Shown here: positions 40,295-50,355 of the stretch, piece after piece
Position numbering within the stretch: the first letter of the stretch is position 1
Layout: every line of letters starts with the position of its first letter
Source of the DNA: an uncultured delta proteobacterium
GTDB taxonomy: Bacteria > Desulfobacterota > Desulfomonilia > UBA1062
Length of the DNA stretch: 64,000 nucleotides
Reading direction: 5' to 3'
Assembly (NCBI GenBank): GCA_963798485.1
Contig: CAWCTR010000008.1
Coordinates: 96,001-160,000 of the forward strand
Notes under the pieces: model-generated
Databases searched by the model: none
Told to the model about the DNA's origin: nothing
Seen by the model: the letters and a program-made list of their open reading frames with translations, nothing else
Program-made: the position numbers and the translations under genes

Positions 40295-40804
40295 ATGAAG
40301 AAACTATGGAACCCCTATATGGCAGGTGTTGCTCTCGGATTGGTGCTTCTCTTTTCGTATATGCTCGTGGGGCATGGACTCGGTGCTTCCGGGGCCGCAA
40401 ACATTCTCGGAGCTGAGGCTATGAAAGCAGCAGCCCCCGGCTATGCTACAGCCAAGGGAAGCTCTTTTGCCCATTACTTCGTTGACAGCCAGAATGCCAT
40501 GAACAGCTGGCTGATCTTCATGGCCGTGGGGATTTTCCTGGGAGGGTTTGTCTCGTCGGTGCTGAATGGGAGGAACAGCCTGGAGGTGACCAGGGGAGTC
40601 CATACAACAAATAAAAAACGGATTATCCTGGCTCTCATCGGAGGGATCGTCATGGGTGTCGGCGCACGTATCGGTAGGGGCTGCACATCAAGCCAGGCAC
40701 TAAGCGGCGGCGCCCTGCTTTCCGTAGGGAGCTGGATCTTCATGATGGCAGTTTTTGCAGGGGCTTACTCAATGGCTTACTTCGTAAGGAGGGAATGGCT
40801 ATGA
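40295..40804 (+). CDS. YeeE/YedE thiosulfate-transporter-family protein
   Basis: WNPYMAG, GLGASG, GARIGRGCTS. Confidence 0.88.
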   Translation: MKKLWNPYMAGVALGLVLLFSYMLVGHGLGASGAANILGAEAMKAAAPGYATAKGSSFAHYFVDSQNAMNSWLIFMAVGIFLGGFVSSVLNGRNSLEVTRGVHTTNKKRIILALIGGIVMGVGARIGRGCTSSQALSGGALLSVGSWIFMMAVFAGAYSMAYFVRREWL

Positions 40805-41988
40805 TGACTCTGTTTCCCATAATCAACGGAACCTTCCCACCGGCAATGGAATTCATCCCTGTGCTCATCATCGGGGTCCTCTTCGGTATGGCCCTTGAGG
40901 TGGCGGGCTTCGGCAGTGCAAAAGTCCTTGCAAGCCAGTTCTTTTTCCACGATATGCGGGTCTTCAAAGTGATGTTCACCTCCATCATCACCGCTGCTGC
41001 AGGAGTCGCCGTACTTACGACAACAGGTCTTCTCGATATGGACCTCCTCTATATACCGGAAACCTTCCTCGTACCGCTTGGGGTCGGAGGGTTTATCCTT
41101 GGAATGGGCTTCATGGTTTCGGCGTATTGCCCTGGGACCAGCATCGTTGGCGCAGCATCCGGCAAACTGGACGGGCTCGTGACCTTTGCGGGGGTGATCG
41201 TAGGGTCAGTGCTTTTCGGCATGGTGAACCCCTATATCAACGGTTTTTATATGAGCACGGCAAAGGGTGTGCTCACGTTCCCCAAGCTCCTTGGTGTTTC
41301 GTTTCCGGTCCTTGCCACAATACTGATCGCCATGGCCATCATGTTGTTCCTGGCCGCGGATAAGGTCGAAGCCATATTTGCCAGGAAGTTGGACATGCCC
41401 GAGGGGCAGAAGATGACCGGCAGGGCAAAGAAGGCCCTCGGCGTGGTGTTTGCACTGAGCCTTATGGCCATCATCTTCCAGTACACGCTGCCTGTTGGTA
41501 AAGGAATGGATAATGGGGGTAGGGTATCTTCCATCACCCCGGTTGAACTCGGGCAGATGCTTGTGGGAGACCCCCGGTCTCTGTACGTAGTCGATCTGCG
41601 TGAAGGCAATGCATGCAAAGGTGCTGAGAACATACCATCGGCAAGCTGTTTCAGTGAAATAAAGGATAACCTCGAATTTATGTACAAGGGCAAGACCATG
41701 GTCGTCTATTCCCAGGATGGTGAAAAACGACTGCCAGAGGATCTATTAAAATACCAGGGCAGAATCGCGACCTTGGAAGGCGGGTATGATGCATGGAGAA
41801 CTATGGTGATCGGGAAGCCGGAACAGGCGTATCAGGCCTTTCTGAATACTTCAAACAATGAAAAAAAGAACATGATTTCCGCTCTCCATTCCTATTTTAC
41901 CGGGGCGAAGATGGAAGCCCAGGCCGAATCCGCGAAGCCCGGTGTGATCATCGTAAAGCCCAAAAAGAAGAGCGGGGGTTGCTCATAA
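40795..41988 (+). CDS. YeeE/YedE protein fused to a rhodanese-like domain, C-terminal GGCS
   Basis: LEVAGF, DMRVFKVMF, AYCPGT; VVDLR..NIPSA..MVVYS..LEGGYDAW. Confidence 0.85.
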   Translation: MAMMTLFPIINGTFPPAMEFIPVLIIGVLFGMALEVAGFGSAKVLASQFFFHDMRVFKVMFTSIITAAAGVAVLTTTGLLDMDLLYIPETFLVPLGVGGFILGMGFMVSAYCPGTSIVGAASGKLDGLVTFAGVIVGSVLFGMVNPYINGFYMSTAKGVLTFPKLLGVSFPVLATILIAMAIMLFLAADKVEAIFARKLDMPEGQKMTGRAKKALGVVFALSLMAIIFQYTLPVGKGMDNGGRVSSITPVELGQMLVGDPRSLYVVDLREGNACKGAENIPSASCFSEIKDNLEFMYKGKTMVVYSQDGEKRLPEDLLKYQGRIATLEGGYDAWRTMVIGKPEQAYQAFLNTSNNEKKNMISALHSYFTGAKMEAQAESAKPGVIIVKPKKKSGGCS

Positions 41989-42007
41989 GGAATTTAAAGA
42001 AGATATC

Positions 42008-42298
42008 ATGAACTTTGTAGGATTACAGGCTGCCATGCACCTGTTCGGCCTCAGCGAGAGGGCCACGCTCAAGGAGATCAAGGCCCGGTACCGGAAACTG
42101 GTGAAGCAATATCATCCGGATGCCGGGAATACCAAGAATCAGGAGATGATACGGAAGGTGAATGAAGCAAATCGCATTCTACTTGATTATGTCCAGTCTT
42201 ACCGTTATTCCTTCACCGAAGAGGAATTCTGCGAGCAACACCCGGAAGAGCGAATTAGGAGGCAATTCAAGGACGATCCGCTCTGGGGGAATGGATAG
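42008..42298 (+). CDS. Small J-domain protein
   Basis: EIKARYRKLVKQYHPD..VNEA. Confidence 0.88.
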   Translation: MNFVGLQAAMHLFGLSERATLKEIKARYRKLVKQYHPDAGNTKNQEMIRKVNEANRILLDYVQSYRYSFTEEEFCEQHPEERIRRQFKDDPLWGNG

Positions 42299-42310
42299 GA
42301 ATATCGGTCA

Positions 42311-42825
42311 ATGGATAATAGCAATGTAAAAGTAAGGCCACAGCGAATTATGGTCTTTCAACAAAATGGAAGCGGGGAGAATAAAATCAAAGGAATACGT
42401 CAATTCGGAAGGGATCGTTTTGTTATTGAGACATATGATATTGATGCACCCTTGCCTGGCCTGATCGAAAACAGCAACGGGTATCTCCCGGAAACGATCG
42501 ATGCAGATATTGTCCTCGATTATCTGCAACATCCCGACCTGTCCAAGATGGTAGAGTTGCTGAAATCTCTGTACTACGGAGCGCTCCCTGCGGTGCAACC
42601 TGGGAAGCAGCAAAGCAAACGATCGGAATTCGAATTGAAGAGGCACCTGTACATATCGGCCTCAAAACACAGTACTATTGTACGGCCGATCCCGCTGGTT
42701 GGGATGTGATGTATGGTAAAAGTCCTGTGCATTTTTCGGCAGAACTCAACAAAGTCGCTTTAAAAAAAGCAATAGATCGTTTAAAATGGAAATACTATGT
42801 TGGAATCCACCACTCAAAACAATGA
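42311..42825 (+). pseudogene. DUF166-family gene with internal deletion/frameshift at ~42545
   Basis: Frame 1 VFQQNGSGENKI..HPDLS jumps directly to another frame, DGRVAEISVLRSAPCGATWEAA..YCTADP..GKSPVH. Confidence 0.7.
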
Positions 42826-43354
42826 TAGGGATGTCAGAAGATTCAAGCCGGTATTCCATGAAAAGGATAAATTCAATCATCCCGGTCAGTTTTTACAACG
42901 CAGATTCAAGGACCCCATGCATTTCGTGTACAATCTTATCGACCTGTTTAGATACACTCCCGATCTGATCCGGGTTTACTTCGGCAGAACGATCTCTCCC
43001 CGCTTTCGTGAGATGATTATGCTGACCGTAGCGAGTACCAATGACTGCAGTGCCTGAACCGATGCACACTATCGATTCGGTCGAATCGCAGGTCTCAGAG
43101 ATGAAGAAATCAAGAATATCGGCCCACTCAGGAAAGAGGATTACGACGAACAGATTTGGGTTGCATTACATTGGGCTAGAAATTATGTCCTCTTTGAAGG
43201 CGACTTCCCGGATAAGAGCGTGGACGAGATTTTCTGTCGAGCATATCCACTCTGTGAACAGAAGGCCATATTTGCCACACTGAAACTGATGCTGTTCTTT
43301 AACATGCTCATGAACGTTTTCAACAAAAAGGGTTCACGCCTGTTGAGAAAGTAA
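42797..43354 (+). CDS. AhpD/carboxymuconolactone-decarboxylase-family selenoprotein (CxxU; UGA at 43055-43057), 185 aa
   Basis: REMIMLTVASTNDCSA-U-TDAH fits the AhpD E..V...N.CxxC...H motif; frame stays open 98 codons after UGA; hairpin at 43073-43088. Confidence 0.85.
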
Positions 43355-43391
43355 AGATGTTTCAGTGGCTATCCTAAACTACAACTTTGTT

Positions 43392-43757
43392 TTAATGGTT
43401 GTGCTCTCCGCATCCGTCGTGGGCAGCGCATGTTGATCCTGAGTCATTCAAAGAGCCTCTGAGCCAGTCCTCGACTACATTTCGCACGTTGCCGCTGCAC
43501 CCGCGTACAACCTCGATCCCATGAGAGTTCAGCACATTGACTGCACCAGCACCCATGTTCCCGGCGAGCATCACCTTTACCCCCATGTTGGCAAGGGCAC
43601 CCACTATGTTGGACTTACAGCCGCAACCAGCAGGCGGTTCCACAATTTCCTGGTTAACGATCTTTTTCTGATCGTCGACCGTGATTACAGTAAAATATTC
43701 ACAATGTCCAAAATGACCATCGACCATGTTCCCATTCGAAGGCAGTGCGATCTTCAT
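43392..43757 (-). CDS. NifB/NifX-family (orange-protein-like) protein
   Basis: MKIALP..VDGHFGHC..GCGCK..AGNMGAGA; GGAG RBS. Confidence 0.88.
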   Translation of the reverse strand: MKIALPSNGNMVDGHFGHCEYFTVITVDDQKKIVNQEIVEPPAGCGCKSNIVGALANMGVKVMLAGNMGAGAVNVLNSHGIEVVRGCSGNVRNVVEDWLRGSLNDSGSTCAAHDGCGEHNH

Positions 43758-44055
43758 ATATTTCTCCATTCATGTATGTGTTACCCCAAAGATGCCGAAC
43801 ACATCGTCCATGATCATCTTCACTGGGGTTATCCAGAAAAGCGTGCAGAGCTTACAGTGCGTTTGATTCATAATAAGCATGCATTCTTAACTCTTCCCCC
43901 ATAGCCTGAAAACTTATCATTAGCAATCCCGACTTTGAGAGCAATGAGCCAACATACTTTTTTTAACGGGTCTTTAAAGGCTTACAAGTATTAAATCACC
44001 ATCTTTTAAGATCAATTGATCATTATAATTAGTTGGTTAGTTTTGTTCGACTCCG

Positions 44056-45399
44056 TCATTTCCGAGGAGCAACCTTGCGGTAGTTCATATTTGACATTAG
44101 TGCAAACATCGTCGCAGTGAAGTCATGGGTTTTCTGAAAGGTTGATAAGGCTTTGTGAAACAACACCGGCCAGGCATAGATTTGCCGGTTAATCTCAATC
44201 ATCTTTTGGGACAACTGATCAGGCTCCATACTACCGGGCCGATGAATCACTTCGGTCATGTCATAGTGGTCCCAATCTTTATGAAAATTGGTATAGAGTA
44301 ATCGCTGCTCTTTACAATATCGGTCAAAAATCCGTGTGCCAGGCAGCGGAGTCAGGAAGGTGGTCTGCATCACATCTATTTCATGATGAACCATGTAGTC
44401 GGCGCGCTGTTGCAGTTTATCGGGGGTGTCACTATCCACTCCGAAGATGAAGGCGCCCAAAACAGCAATCCCTGCACGGTTGATACGACGGAATGCCTGT
44501 GAGTAATAATCTACTCCACGATTAATATTGAGGTGCTTGTTGACCTCTTCCAGGGCACCATCTTCCTCTGCTTCAAGCCCTAAGAAGACCATCTTGCATC
44601 CGGCGCGGCTTGCCCAGGAAACCACCTCGTCATCATCCCCGAAGTTGAGTGAAGCCTGGCAGAACCACCACTTGTTCAGCCTGCGCTCCACCATCCCTTT
44701 GAAAATCGCCAAGGCCTGTTCACGCGACTCCTTGCCATACCCGATGATATTGTCATCCACAAAGAATATCATTTTCTCCGGGATAGTCTCCAGTTCAGCC
44801 AATACTTCCCAGGGAGGACGGCGGCGGTATCGCCTTCCATTAAAGGCGCTCACCGAACAGAATTCGCAGTCCATGGGACAACCCCTTGAGGTTTGCACAG
44901 AGGCGAACATGTAGCTAGGATGAAACAGGTCCCTCCGCGGGTTCGGTACGCCTGACAAATCAGACCAGCCGCCCTTGTACATCTGCTGGAGACTCCCGGC
45001 CTCGACATCGGCTATGACTTGAGGCCATACGGCCTCAGCCTCGCCGATAACCACGGCATCTGTAAAACAAAGGGCTTCTTCCGGGCACATGGAGGCATGG
45101 ATACCCCCTATCACCACAGGCACACCTCGTTGCCGATAGATCGAGGCAATCTCATATGCCCGATTCGCAGAGGCGGTAAAGGCCGTAATGCCCACCAAAT
45201 CCGCTTCTTCATAGGAGAAGGGCTCCCAGTTCTCATCAAGCAGCTTTACATCCCATGAGGAAGGGGTAGCGGCTGCGACAATCCCCAAGCCGATGGGGGG
45301 AAACCGTGAAGACCTGTTGACGGTGAGGCCTACACGCGCAGGATTCACAGGATTAATGAGGACCAGTCTCCGGTGGTTCAAGTTATTATTAAGTTGCAT
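44056..45399 (-). CDS. Cobalamin-binding radical SAM protein
   Basis: PPIGL, ADLVGIT, VVIGGIHAS, GEAE B12 domain; QTSRGCPMDCEFC. Confidence 0.9.
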   Translation of the reverse strand: MQLNNNLNHRRLVLINPVNPARVGLTVNRSSRFPPIGLGIVAAATPSSWDVKLLDENWEPFSYEEADLVGITAFTASANRAYEIASIYRQRGVPVVIGGIHASMCPEEALCFTDAVVIGEAEAVWPQVIADVEAGSLQQMYKGGWSDLSGVPNPRRDLFHPSYMFASVQTSRGCPMDCEFCSVSAFNGRRYRRRPPWEVLAELETIPEKMIFFVDDNIIGYGKESREQALAIFKGMVERRLNKWWFCQASLNFGDDDEVVSWASRAGCKMVFLGLEAEEDGALEEVNKHLNINRGVDYYSQAFRRINRAGIAVLGAFIFGVDSDTPDKLQQRADYMVHHEIDVMQTTFLTPLPGTRIFDRYCKEQRLLYTNFHKDWDHYDMTEVIHRPGSMEPDQLSQKMIEINRQIYAWPVLFHKALSTFQKTHDFTATMFALMSNMNYRKVAPRK

Positions 45400-45417
45400 T
45401 ATCAAACCATTATAATA

Positions 45418-45435
45418 TAATACCTATTGGTATTA
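45418..45435. promoter_or_regulatory. Palindrome TAATACC-N4-GGTATTA in the divergent promoter, probable MarR operator
   Basis: Perfect 7-bp inverted repeat between the radical SAM and marR starts. Confidence 0.55.
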
Positions 45436-45465
45436 CAACTATTAATTTGGAAGGAAGAAGAAATA

Positions 45466-45915
45466 ATGCCTCTTTCAGATAAGGAATACCTTCAATTAAA
45501 CCAGGCATTGTTCAGCTTGTCACAGGCCTACTACATACGTGCTGCAAAGTATGAGAAGAACAATAAGACCGGCCTTGCTTTTTCCGACCGGGCGGTGCTG
45601 ATGGTGGTGGGCCAATTGGCTCCGATCCACTCTCGCCAATTATCGAACTTGATGAGTATCAACCCCGGCACGATTTCTCAGTATGTCCATAGCCTTGTCA
45701 AAAAGGGATTGATCGAAAAAAAGCAGGATGAAAATGACCGTCGCAAATGGTGGTTGGGTCTTACGAAAAAAGGGCAGGTCATCTATCAGCAAACAATCAC
45801 AGAAGCGGTTGCATACACCAGAGACTTTATATCCGCACTGAATGGAACAGAACAAAAAACACTCCATCAATTGCTTTTAAAGGCATCCCATAGCCTTGGA
45901 TTCGAGTGGCAATAG
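45466..45915 (+). CDS. MarR-family regulator
   Basis: LS..INPGTISQYVHSLVKKGLI..DENDRRK..LTKKG. Confidence 0.88.
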   Translation: MPLSDKEYLQLNQALFSLSQAYYIRAAKYEKNNKTGLAFSDRAVLMVVGQLAPIHSRQLSNLMSINPGTISQYVHSLVKKGLIEKKQDENDRRKWWLGLTKKGQVIYQQTITEAVAYTRDFISALNGTEQKTLHQLLLKASHSLGFEWQ

Positions 45916-45917
45916 AA

Positions 45918-47087
45918 ATGCGAATCCTGTGGGCGGCCAGTTCAGTAGGAAAAGGTCACATCATGCGTGACATTGCCATAGTCAACCAGCTTCAGGGTAT
46001 AGCAGATGTCGAAGTTGATTGGCTTATCCCTGATCCTGGTGGGGAATTTGTGCGCTGTAGGGGTTACCATGTCTTGGATTATTCAGGACAACTCTCAGGC
46101 AGTGGAAAGGCCTATGCACAGGTTTTTAATAGCAGTACAAATGAATTCAACCTGATGAGGTATATAAAGGCTGATACGAGGCTTCACAAGCATGATTTCT
46201 TTATCAGCAAGAAGGCTTGGGAAGACAAAACATATAATGTGATCATTGGTGATGAGGCCTTCTGGCTCCTTACGGGTTTTGCTTCGAGATGGTCAAAAAA
46301 GCCTGCCCCCTTTATTTTCCTCACGGATTTTATTGGAACCAAGGCGATGCGCATGCGCATCCGTGATCACCTCATTGCATGGTACAACAACATCCGGTTT
46401 ACCATGAGCTTCCTCGGCCCTGATGTGTATATCTACATTGGCACAGCAGAAGAAATACCCGCTGAGCGGCTAGGCTTTCTACTGCCCAGCAGGCGAAAAT
46501 GGGCACAGCGTCATTGCCGTTTTGTTCAGCCTATTGTCAACTTCGATCCTATGGCCCTGCCTGGGAAAGTATTGCAACGGGAGCAGCTTGGTCTACCCAA
46601 AGACGGCATAATATTCTTGGCAACTATTGGGCCAGAAGGTGACTATCGGGCACGAACAGCATATATAGAGAAGGTGTTTGAACGTCTACGGTCGGATTTC
46701 CCTGTTGCCCATTTCATAGTTGTGTGCCCCGAGAATGGTGGGAAAGAGTGGATTCAGTACTACAATTATCTCGATAGATTATATGAATACTTTGCAGCTT
46801 CTGATTTTGTGTTCACCCAATCAGGATATGGGAAGGTAGTAGAATTGTCAGCATTGGGGGTACCGTTCATCGGTATGCCCTTGGATTACCACTTCGAACA
46901 AGAATATGTGATGTCCCATCGCTTGGAGCATTACGGGGTAGGTAAGCTGGTCACGCTTCGAGATCATTCTCCGGAAGCACTTGCAGCGGAAGCCCGAAAA
47001 CTCATGGGAAAGCACCCGAGAAAGATTGCTGCGAATAATGGCATAGAAGTGGCCGACATTATTCTGGGTGCCATCCGAAGGAACTGA
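45918..47087 (+). CDS. GT-B glycosyltransferase (MurG/GT28-like)
   Basis: SSVGKGHIMRD, AASDFVFTQSGYG..E..ALGVPFI..HFEQ. Confidence 0.8.
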   Translation: MRILWAASSVGKGHIMRDIAIVNQLQGIADVEVDWLIPDPGGEFVRCRGYHVLDYSGQLSGSGKAYAQVFNSSTNEFNLMRYIKADTRLHKHDFFISKKAWEDKTYNVIIGDEAFWLLTGFASRWSKKPAPFIFLTDFIGTKAMRMRIRDHLIAWYNNIRFTMSFLGPDVYIYIGTAEEIPAERLGFLLPSRRKWAQRHCRFVQPIVNFDPMALPGKVLQREQLGLPKDGIIFLATIGPEGDYRARTAYIEKVFERLRSDFPVAHFIVVCPENGGKEWIQYYNYLDRLYEYFAASDFVFTQSGYGKVVELSALGVPFIGMPLDYHFEQEYVMSHRLEHYGVGKLVTLRDHSPEALAAEARKLMGKHPRKIAANNGIEVADIILGAIRRN

Positions 47088-47130
47088 AGCTTGTTTGGCC
47101 TCAAACCACCCCTTCCTATACAGTCTGTGC

Positions 47131-50100
47131 TTACTCCCCCTGACCTTCCCTCTTCGGTACACTCGGGCATGGCTTGTTCTTAAAAAACTGGTAGTAGAGA
47201 AGCGGCACGATGATAAGGGTTAGGGCTGTTGAGGCCACAGCCCCGAACATCATGGCAATGGCAAGCCCTTGGAAGATCGGGTCGAACAGCATGACAAACG
47301 ACCCCACAACTACCGCAGCCGCGGTGAGCACAATGGGCCGGAAGCGTACCGACCCTGCCATGATCAGGGCCTGACGCAGCTCACCCTTTTCCCTCCACTC
47401 CATCTGGATGAAGTCAACGAGCAGGATGGAATTGCGCACCACGATCCCGGCAAGCGCAATGAACCCGATCATGGATGTGGCCGTGAAAAAGGCCCCGAAG
47501 AGCCAGTGTCCGGGCAGTATCCCCACCAGAGTCAGCGGTATGGGGGCCATGATGACGAGTGGTGTTACAAAGCTCCTGAACCAGGCCACCACCAGGATGT
47601 AAATAATGATAAGTACAACGGCAAATGCTGCCCCGAGGTCCCGGAAGACCTCATAGGTGATATGCCATTCACCGTCCCACTTCATGGAATACCTATCTTC
47701 CAGCCAAGGCTGGACCGAGGAATACTGCTTCATCGCATATCCTTCGGGCAGCTTCATCTTGGCGATTGCCTCCTTCATGGTCATGATGGCATAAATCGGG
47801 CTCTCTTCCTTGCCCGCCACATCGCCGGTAACATAGGTGACCCTCTTGAGGTTCTTGTGATAAATGGTCTTTTCCTCTAAGCCGTTATGAACCCTTACAA
47901 GCCCTGCCAAAGGAACGAAACCACCTGAGGGTGTCGGTACGGTAAGCGAGAGCAGCCTGTTCAGGTCGGATCGCTGGTCAAGAGGCATACGGAGCATGAT
48001 CTCTACCGGCTCCTTTTCGCTGTCCATGTGCACAAGCCCGGCCCCAGCACCACTCAAGGCAATACAAAGGAGCTGGGCAATTGCCTGGGTGCTTATACCG
48101 TTTTGAGATGCCTTTTCCTGGTCCACTTCGAAACTGACCTTATTCTGATCATCCTCCACCATCCAATCCACATCAACCACACCATCGGTCTTCTCGAATA
48201 TGCTGCGAACCTGCCTTGCGATCTCAACTTGCCTGTTCGTGTTGGGACCATAGATCTCTGCCACAAGGGTGCTCAGGACCGGCGGCCCCGGCGGGATTTC
48301 AGCTACCTTGATGCGGGCGGCATATTTATCGCCGATCTTCTTGAGCCCCGGCCTCAAGCGTTTGGCAATATCATGGCTCTGGGCCTTGCGATCTCCCTTT
48401 GCCGTGAAATTCACCTGGATATCAGCCACGTTGCTGCCGCTTCTTAGGTAGTAATGCCGCACAAGTCCGTTGAAATTGTATGGGGATGCAGTGCCTACAT
48501 AGGCCTGGTAATCCGTGACCTCGGGCACTGTCTTTAAATACTCGGCCATCTCCCTAGTGGCAGCAGCCGTCTCCTCCAATGTCTTGCCTTCTGGCATGTC
48601 GATGATGACCTGCAGCTCGCTCTTGTTGTCAAAGGGAAGCATCTTCACTGTCACTGCCTTTAAAGGCAAGAGTACCAAGGCGAGCACGAGCAGCCCAAAG
48701 ATTACAGCAAAGGCGATCATGCGCTTCTTCGGTATGTCGATAAGTGGGCCTAAGAGCTTCTCATAGAAGTTTTTGAGCCCTGCACCTTCTTCATGCCCCT
48801 GCTCATGGTGCACGTTTTTCAGGACCATATAGGCGAGCCATGGGCTTACAATAAACGCTACAAGCAGTGAAAAGATCATGGCAGCGGATGCCCCCACAGG
48901 AATTGGCCTCATATACGGCCCCATCAGGCCGGACACAAAGGCCATGGGCAGAAGAGCAGCTATGACCGTGAAAGTAGCCAGGATCGTCGGGTTACCTACC
49001 TCATCCACAGCAAAAACCGCTGTCAGGGGTTCGATAGCATGCATGCGGAAATGGCGATTGATGTTCTCCACCACAACTATGGCGTCATCCACTAGGATGC
49101 CTATAGAGAAGATAAGGGCGAACAGGGTAACACGGTTGAGTGTGTACCCATAGAGATAATTGATGAGCAATGTTAGTGCCAGTGTTACCGGGACAGCGAC
49201 TGCAACAACAATGGCCTCCCGGCGCCCTAAGGCAAGGGCGATAAGGATGATGACCGAGACAGTGGCAATGAGCATGTGGTACAGGAGCTCATTTGACTTT
49301 TCCTTTGCTGTCTCACCATAATCCCTTGTCACCGTCACCTGTACTTCCGTTGGTATGAGCTTACCCTTGAGGGCCTCGACCTTATGCAAGGCGTCTTCAG
49401 CCACAACACTTGCATTGGCACCCTTCTTTTTGGAGATTGCGAGGGTCACCGCCTCGTACTGCCCGGTAGGATCGGCCTTTAATCCCTTATGGGATGCGGC
49501 AGGACCGAGGCCCATAAAGACATAGTTCGCAGGTTCCTCCGGTCCATCGGTTATTCTGGCAACATCGCGCAGGTATACGGGCCTGTTATTATCGACATTG
49601 ATGACGATATTACCGACTTCTGTCGCGTCCTTAAGAAAACGGCCCGTCTCCACAATGGTCTCCAGGTTGCCTGAAGGGAAAGCCCCGGACGGGATGATGA
49701 CATTTGCCTGCTGGAGCATGTTCATGATCTGGAAGGCAGATACATGGTGTGCCTGCAGGCGCGTCGGGTCCAAAGTGACGATGACCTGGCGGCGCTGCCC
49801 CCCGGTCACTGAGGTTTCCGAGACATCCTGACCTTTTTTGATCTCCTCACCGAGTTGCATGGCTACCCGACGCAGCTCATAGCCCGAGTATTGTGGCTTG
49901 TCACTCCACAGTGTGAGCGTCAGAATGGGGACATCATCGATAGACTTTGGTTTCACCAGCGGCTGAGAGACACCTGCCGGGATGATGTCGTAGTTGGACA
50001 TCAGCTTGTTATAAAGTTTCACCAGGCTGGCTTCCATGTTTTCGCCAACATAGAAGCGGACGATGGTCAGATTGTAGCCGGGCTTTACAATGGAATAAAC

Positions 50101-50355
50101 GTACTCCACTCCCTTGATCTCCCAGAGAAGCTTCTCCATGGGATAGGTGACCCGTTGCTCAACCTCTTTCGGGGTTGCCCCGGGGTAGGGTACAAAGACA
50201 TCGATCATGGGCACCACAATCTGGGGTTCTTCCTCCCTGGGTGTTACCATGACGGCAAACACGCCCATAAGAAGTGCGGCAGCCACTATTAAGGGTGTCA
50301 GCTTTGACTGGATGAAGGCCTTAGCTATCCTTCCGGAGATGCCGACCATCTTCAT
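47131..50355 (-). CDS. RND efflux permease (AcrB family)
   Basis: [43 protein letters not shown]. Confidence 0.93.
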   Translation of the reverse strand: MKMVGISGRIAKAFIQSKLTPLIVAAALLMGVFAVMVTPREEEPQIVVPMIDVFVPYPGATPKEVEQRVTYPMEKLLWEIKGVEYVYSIVKPGYNLTIVRFYVGENMEASLVKLYNKLMSNYDIIPAGVSQPLVKPKSIDDVPILTLTLWSDKPQYSGYELRRVAMQLGEEIKKGQDVSETSVTGGQRRQVIVTLDPTRLQAHHVSAFQIMNMLQQANVIIPSGAFPSGNLETIVETGRFLKDATEVGNIVINVDNNRPVYLRDVARITDGPEEPANYVFMGLGPAASHKGLKADPTGQYEAVTLAISKKKGANASVVAEDALHKVEALKGKLIPTEVQVTVTRDYGETAKEKSNELLYHMLIATVSVIILIALALGRREAIVVAVAVPVTLALTLLINYLYGYTLNRVTLFALIFSIGILVDDAIVVVENINRHFRMHAIEPLTAVFAVDEVGNPTILATFTVIAALLPMAFVSGLMGPYMRPIPVGASAAMIFSLLVAFIVSPWLAYMVLKNVHHEQGHEEGAGLKNFYEKLLGPLIDIPKKRMIAFAVIFGLLVLALVLLPLKAVTVKMLPFDNKSELQVIIDMPEGKTLEETAAATREMAEYLKTVPEVTDYQAYVGTASPYNFNGLVRHYYLRSGSNVADIQVNFTAKGDRKAQSHDIAKRLRPGLKKIGDKYAARIKVAEIPPGPPVLSTLVAEIYGPNTNRQVEIARQVRSIFEKTDGVVDVDWMVEDDQNKVSFEVDQEKASQNGISTQAIAQLLCIALSGAGAGLVHMDSEKEPVEIMLRMPLDQRSDLNRLLSLTVPTPSGGFVPLAGLVRVHNGLEEKTIYHKNLKRVTYVTGDVAGKEESPIYAIMTMKEAIAKMKLPEGYAMKQYSSVQPWLEDRYSMKWDGEWHITYEVFRDLGAAFAVVLIIIYILVVAWFRSFVTPLVIMAPIPLTLVGILPGHWLFGAFFTATSMIGFIALAGIVVRNSILLVDFIQMEWREKGELRQALIMAGSVRFRPIVLTAAAVVVGSFVMLFDPIFQGLAIAMMFGAVASTALTLIIVPLLYYQFFKNKPCPSVPKREGQGE

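Noticed and set aside
43770-43880. In-frame TGA just upstream of the NifX-like gene as a possible Sec codon
   Set aside because: The NifX gene has its own RBS and a normal N-terminus; no Cys-equivalent motif or clear SECIS
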